From positions 42,766,307-42,806,461 of the forward strand of contig NC_068993.1 in assembly GCF_001194135.2 (NCBI RefSeq): a stretch of 40,155 nucleotides of DNA, written 5' to 3'. This stretch comes from Octopus bimaculoides. Its lineage: Eukaryota. Shown here piece after piece: positions 34,791-40,155 of the stretch. The stretch's first letter is position 1. The number at the start of each line of letters is the position of its first letter. The translations under genes and the position numbers were made by a program. The notes beneath the pieces are model-generated. The model saw only the letters and a program-made list of their open reading frames with translations, had not been told where the DNA came from and searched no databases.

Positions 34791-35451
34791 AACAGTTACA
34801 ATAAATACAGTTACACATATTTCTTCCGCTATCATTGTTCTTCTGCTTTCATGGCTATCCTGATTATCAAGTACAGAATATGTCTCCTTTTCAATGGTTG
34901 TCTCTAAAAAGCAGAAGATTAAATATAGCTCCTTAATCTATGATACTCATTTTGCAATAATGGGTGCATAAAATTCTATATAAAATTCGATTCCGTATGT
35001 TCATTGAAAATAAAACTTGCCAAACTGAAGAGGTAAGTAAAAAATGTATTTATACATACATGTGCGTGCATGTGGAAGTGTTTGATGTGTGGTTATACAA
35101 GGAGACAGGATACATTTACATGTACATATATATGTTTATATATGCAAACACATATACGTATATATATATATATATATACAGTCATTGCATTAATACACTA
35201 TCGAACACGAACTGCTCCCTCCCAGATCTGGCTAATCAGTACAATTCAAAGAAATATGAAACGAAATAATTCTGTTTCAAATGCATGATGTCATCGTGCC
35301 TAAATCAATTTCTCTCTCTCTCTCTTTCTCTCCCTCTCTCTCCCCCTCCCCTCTCTCTCTCTATATATATAACTCACGCTCCACCTATTATTTCTACCGA
35401 TAGGTATGCGTATACGTGTAGGTGGGTGTTTATGTATGTATGTCTATGTGC

Positions 35452-35493
<42 letters not shown>

Positions 35494-36338
35494 CAGCCAA
35501 AACTTATATATATGCATACATACGTATATATATGAGTGTGTTTCTGCCTGTGTTCTTATGTATATTCGTGTGTATGTAAACATATATGCGTATGTGTGTA
35601 AATATATATATATATGTGCATGTGTGTGTATATACATATATATACCTATATATATGTATATATATATATATATATNNNNNNNNNNNNNNNNNNNNNNNNN
35701 NNNNNNNNNNNNNNNNNNNNNNNNNNNNNNNNNNNNNNNNNNNNNNNNNNNNNNNNNNNNNNNNNNNNNNNNNNNNNNNNNNNNNNNNNNNNNNNNNNNN
35801 NNNNNNNNNNNNNNNNNNNNNNNNNNNNNNNNNNNNNNNNNNNNNNNNNNNNNNNNNNNNNNNNNNNNNNNNNNNNNNNNNNNNNNNNNNNNNNNNNNNN
35901 NNNNNNNNNNNNNNNNNNNNNNNNNNNNNNNNNNNNNNNNNNNNNNNNNNNNNNNNNNNNNNNNNNNNNNNNNNNNNNNNNNNNNNNNNNNNNNNNNNNN
36001 NNNNNNNNNNNNNNNNNNNNNNNNNNNNNNNNNNNNNNNNNNNNNNNNNNNNNNNNNNNNNNNNNNNNNNNNNNNNNNNNNNNNNNNNNNNNNNNNNNNN
36101 NNNNNNNNNNNNNNNNNNNNNNNNNNNNNNNNNNNNNNNNNNNNNNNNNNNNNNNNNNNNNNNNNNNNNNNNNNNNNNNNNNNNNNNNNNNNNNNNNNNN
36201 NNNNNNNNNNNNNNNNNNNNNNNNNNNNNNNNNNNNNNNNNNNNNNNNNNNNNNNNNNNNNNNNNNNNNNNNNNNNNNNNNNNNNNNNNNNNNNNNNNNN
36301 NNNNNNNNNNNNNNNNNNNNNNNNNNNNNNNNNNNNNN

Positions 36339-36383
<45 letters not shown>

Positions 36384-37169
36384 ATAAATATATATATGAT
36401 TACGTGTGAATGTATATATATCTATATACACATAAACACTCAAACACACACAACTTCAATGTGTTATTCATATCTGAATGACACATCACAAATGCACTGA
36501 TTCAGCATCCAAACATTTCGATTTTCACGTAATTGACACACAATCATCACCATCATTATTTTCAACATGACTAATATTAGTGTTATTATTATTATTATGT
36601 TTGTTTTTTTTGTGGTTCCTTCTGATATTATTATTGTTGTTATTACTGATGTTATTTACTTGTAAGATTCATTTCGTTCGTATATTTGACATTTTACTTT
36701 CACTTTCAGCAAATTGGCGGAGTAAAAGAAAAAAGAACGGCACACCAATACATTTTTGAGAGAAACATTACAGATTTTTATCTAAACGTTGTAGTTCAAT
36801 TCGTAATTTAAAAGAATGAGAGGAACACAATCATATGAGTGAAAGCTTAACTACATCAAGGATTCTTAGCTGATAAATTACGATATTTATGGGCTTCCAT
36901 CATTTTCTCTTATTTAAAAATTAATCCTTTCTTTTAGCCTTGAGTTCTTTATTCTTTTGTTGTTGTTTTTCGATTTTTCTTTACTTGCGTTTAATGCGGT
37001 TCATTGACACATTAGCGTTTAATGCAGTGCTGATTAATGCTTTGTTGATAATGTAGCTGATGTATACATGTAAAGCAAGATTAGGTAGATTAGCTTGAGC
37101 GAAAATATTTAAACATATATATTCATTCTCTATCCAATATGTATGTCTATGGTACTGATGTAAAGACTT

Positions 37170-37248
<79 letters not shown>

Positions 37249-37277
37249 TATGCATGTATATATATATNNNNNNNNNN

Positions 37278-37323
<46 letters not shown>

Positions 37324-37689
37324 GCAAACATTAGTTTAAGGTGCATTACGCCGAATATTGTACACACTCTAGAATAAGCCCTACAACTACTGTTCAATTT
37401 ATCCATTTGCAGTTATTTTTTTATCTGTCCTACACAGGCATAGTGGTCAAGATGCCGTGTGGTCAAAATGTTTCCCAGGCACGAATCTGCTGTGCGTAAC
37501 GTTGGAGAATTGTGCTTTTAGTCATTGTATGGAATGAATCAACATTTCAGTGAATGAAATTTGTTACACAGAAATTGGGTGGAACCCTTCATAAGAACTG
37601 TTGCACTCCTCATGCGGCTGATTAAATGTGTCGCCAGATTTTGCACCACATGGTCTCCCAGTGTTTTCTGTGGGGCGCATAACTCAATG

Positions 37690-38012
37690 AAAGTACCCCA
37701 GCAAGCTTGGTGAGCAGCCATCCTCAGTTCATCGTTACAGGTTTACCAGCTGAAGGTCCCTGTCGTCTTGTACCAGTTCATCTTGGGACGTCCCCTGCGC
37801 CATCACCACAAAGGGTTCGCAGGGACAACACTACCCAGTAATATATTCAGTCGACATCTTCAAATAGTAACGGACATTAAGCGTTGACTTGGTCTTCTCC
37901 TGGCCTCTTCGTTGCTGATAAAGTCCTTCGATTTGAAACCTTGTATCTTCTCGTAGCACTTGCTTGCAATCAATTCACAGACGCCCTGAATATAGACAAT
38001 GGCACTTTTCTT
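37690..38012 (-). mobile_element. Decayed RTE/RTE-X-like LINE ORF C-terminus
   Basis: KCYEKIQGFKSKDFISNEEARRR (cf. RCYRKIL.ISY.D.ITNEEVRRR), then ILLGSV..RRGRPKMNW and ELRMAAHQACW. Confidence 0.75.
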
Positions 38013-39121
38013 CTGAAAACGAAAATATTAAGACAAAATAAGGATTAGAAGTTGAAGCTGAATTATCTTTTGTTCGTTACTGAAATTTCTTCGCGTGACA
38101 GAATCTATCCATTTGGGGTGACTTGATATTAAAATACTTTGCTGCTTACATGTTCATTAAAACATTCCTGATGTCTTCACACGGGAATTGAACCGGCTCC
38201 AATCTCTTTCGACACCATATAAACAATTTAAAACTTAGGAAGCTCAAGCGATTATTAAGTATAGTAAATACAGTGTCGAGTTTAGAAACTTGTGGCTATA
38301 GACTATTTCTTGTTGTTATCATAGTATTTAGATAGCGTCAAAATGCATTTGTTCAGTATAAACAAACAATTGATAGAAAAGAACGGTTTACGAAAACGTG
38401 AGACGATTGTGGGTGCTTAAAAAGACAGTATTGTTTAAAGGTGATAGCCGACTGAATACAAAAGGTCACTGTGAAAGATTTGCCGGTGACGAGAAATATA
38501 ATCTAAGGAAATGATAAAGAGAGAGAGAGGGGGGAGAGAGAGAGAAGAAAGGAAGAAAGTAAGAAAGAAAGAAGGAAAGAAAGAAAGGTAAATAGAAAGA
38601 GGGTTAGATAGATAACCGGAGAGAGAAAGAATGAGACACATAAAGACAGAGGGGGGGGGGAAATTAGTTGAAAGATGGGATAAAGAGGAAAAAAGTTAGT
38701 GCGCGACTAAATCAACTTTATCGTATCATCTTCCTGTTGACCAATACGAGAGTAGATTCCAGAGTCAATATTACAAGGAATTTGCAAAGAAACGCCCATT
38801 AGAGATAAGTGTATGTCACTGTGTGGAAGGTGGGTGTTGATGGTTTGTTCAAGATTAACTCTTGCTGTGGAGCGATGGCAAAAGTACGAGGCGAAGCGCA
38901 CGCATGCTCACACTCACACGCACGCGTATCTTATTTCACATCAGAGATAAATGTAATAGAATGTGGACACTTGTATCCAGTAGCTTTTTGTATATTTATT
39001 TATTTTTCTAAGGGTTTATCTAGCTTATCCAGATCGTGAGTGAGAAGGGGAAAATGTTTATTTTTAATACTTATGTATTTATACGTATACTATTATCATC
39101 TGAAAACAAAAATGATCTTGT

Positions 39122-39258
39122 GATATTTCTTCTGCCTCCTTATGATCTGAGTTCAAATTCCACCTAGGTCAACTACGCCTCTAATCCATTCGGAGTCGAT
39201 AAAATGAAATACCAGTCAAATAACTCGTTCGGTGATATCGATCTACACCTCTCATCAA
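39122..39258 (+). mobile_element. SINE family A, diverged, head eroded
   Basis: B-box GAGTTCAAATTCC 39149-39161; GGAGTCGATAAAAT...TACCAGT. Confidence 0.8.
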
Positions 39259-39264
39259 AAACTA

Positions 39265-39282
39265 TCATCATCATCAAAAACT

Positions 39283-39319
<37 letters not shown>

Positions 39320-39321
39320 CC

Positions 39322-39353
<32 letters not shown>

Positions 39354-39425
39354 CACCATCATCACCATCATCACCATCATCACCATCATCATCATCATCT
39401 TCATCATCATCATCATTATTATTAT

Positions 39426-39458
<33 letters not shown>

Positions 39459-39472
39459 TATTATTATTATTA
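39265..39472. repeat. (CAT/CAC)n then (ATT)/(AAT)n compound microsatellite
   Basis: Read directly from the sequence. Confidence 0.95.
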
Positions 39473-39624
39473 NNNNNNNNNNNNNNNNNNNNNNNNNNNN
39501 NNNNNNNNNNNNNNNNNNNNNNNNNNNNNNNNNNNNNNNNNNNNNNNNNNNNNNNNNNNNNNNNNNNNNNNNNNNNNNNNNNNNNNNNNNNNNNNNNNNN
39601 NNNNNNNNNNNNNNNNNNNNNNNN

Positions 39625-39735
39625 GATCGATAAAATAAGTACCAGTCAAGTACTGGGTCGATGTAATCGACTAACCCACTTCTCCCAAATTTTAGGTCTT
39701 CTCCCTATAGTAGAAATGATTATTATTATTATTAT
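39625..39735 (+). mobile_element. SINE family A 3' half with (ATT)n tail
   Basis: GATAAAATAAGTACCAGT..GGGTCGATGTAATCGACT..GATTATTATTATT. Confidence 0.85.
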
Positions 39736-39803
39736 CATTTGTGTCTGTGAATGACTGGGAGTACATATTGTGTCCGAGCGTGCGTATGCCAATACAACTG
39801 TAT

Positions 39804-39865
<62 letters not shown>

Positions 39866-40155
39866 CTGTCTTGCATATATACATATGAATTTCTTGTGTT
39901 TTTGAAATTCCCAAGCGTGTTCAGTATCCAGTCTTTTATACATTGGCATAATATATTCATATACATGTTTGCAATGTATGCATATATGTAGGCAATGATA
40001 CATATATGCACACACATACACACACATATACACTCACGCAAACACAAACATTTTTTATGTATATACGCATATATGTAACTATTCATAAATACATATATGC
40101 ATATATGCGTATGTGTACATATACACGTACATATATGCATATATACAGTATATAT

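Noticed and set aside
3519-36500. Long ORFs (250-619 aa) in the ORF track
   Set aside because: They are open only because they cross N-gaps and dinucleotide repeats (YIYI, CVCV, HTHT).
36710-36760. Acceptor followed by NWRSKRKK, homeodomain-helix-like; similarly a WD40-like frame at 37438
   Set aside because: Too short and lacking upstream exons; similarity is anecdotal.
37860-38012. Apparent terminal coding exon (strong acceptor, 50 aa) on the minus strand
   Set aside because: The peptide and downstream frames match the RTE-type LINE C-terminus (CY.KI..NEE.RRR, RGRP..W), so it is better explained as a LINE relic.

Overview
Eukaryotic, AT-rich, microsatellite-dense genomic DNA from a short-read scaffold. 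It has 18 N-gaps (roughly 7 kb), most flanked by (TA)n/(CA)n/(GTA)n. The repeat landscape resembles octopus/cephalopod DNA (inference from SINE families and repeat density; not verified). No intact host gene is supportable: every ORF over 250 aa is an N-run or low-complexity artefact. The window is a transposon graveyard. It contains a 5'-truncated Penelope-like element (RT + GIY-YIG) with a minimal hammerhead ribozyme motif downstream, and a dispersed (TA)n-terminating family, one copy of which carries a hammerhead-like motif. It also holds three 3' ends of restriction-like-endonuclease (R4/Dong-like) LINEs embedded in microsatellites, two RTE-like LINE remnants, mariner/Tc1/Tigger remnants and about 20 copies of 3-4 tRNA-derived SINE families. 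The most notable signals are the hammerhead motifs, a nested TAA-repeat retroelement cluster at 17.1-18.8 kb, and a 21-bp heptad-encoding repeat with mostly synonymous variation. All translations and alignments were done by eye.
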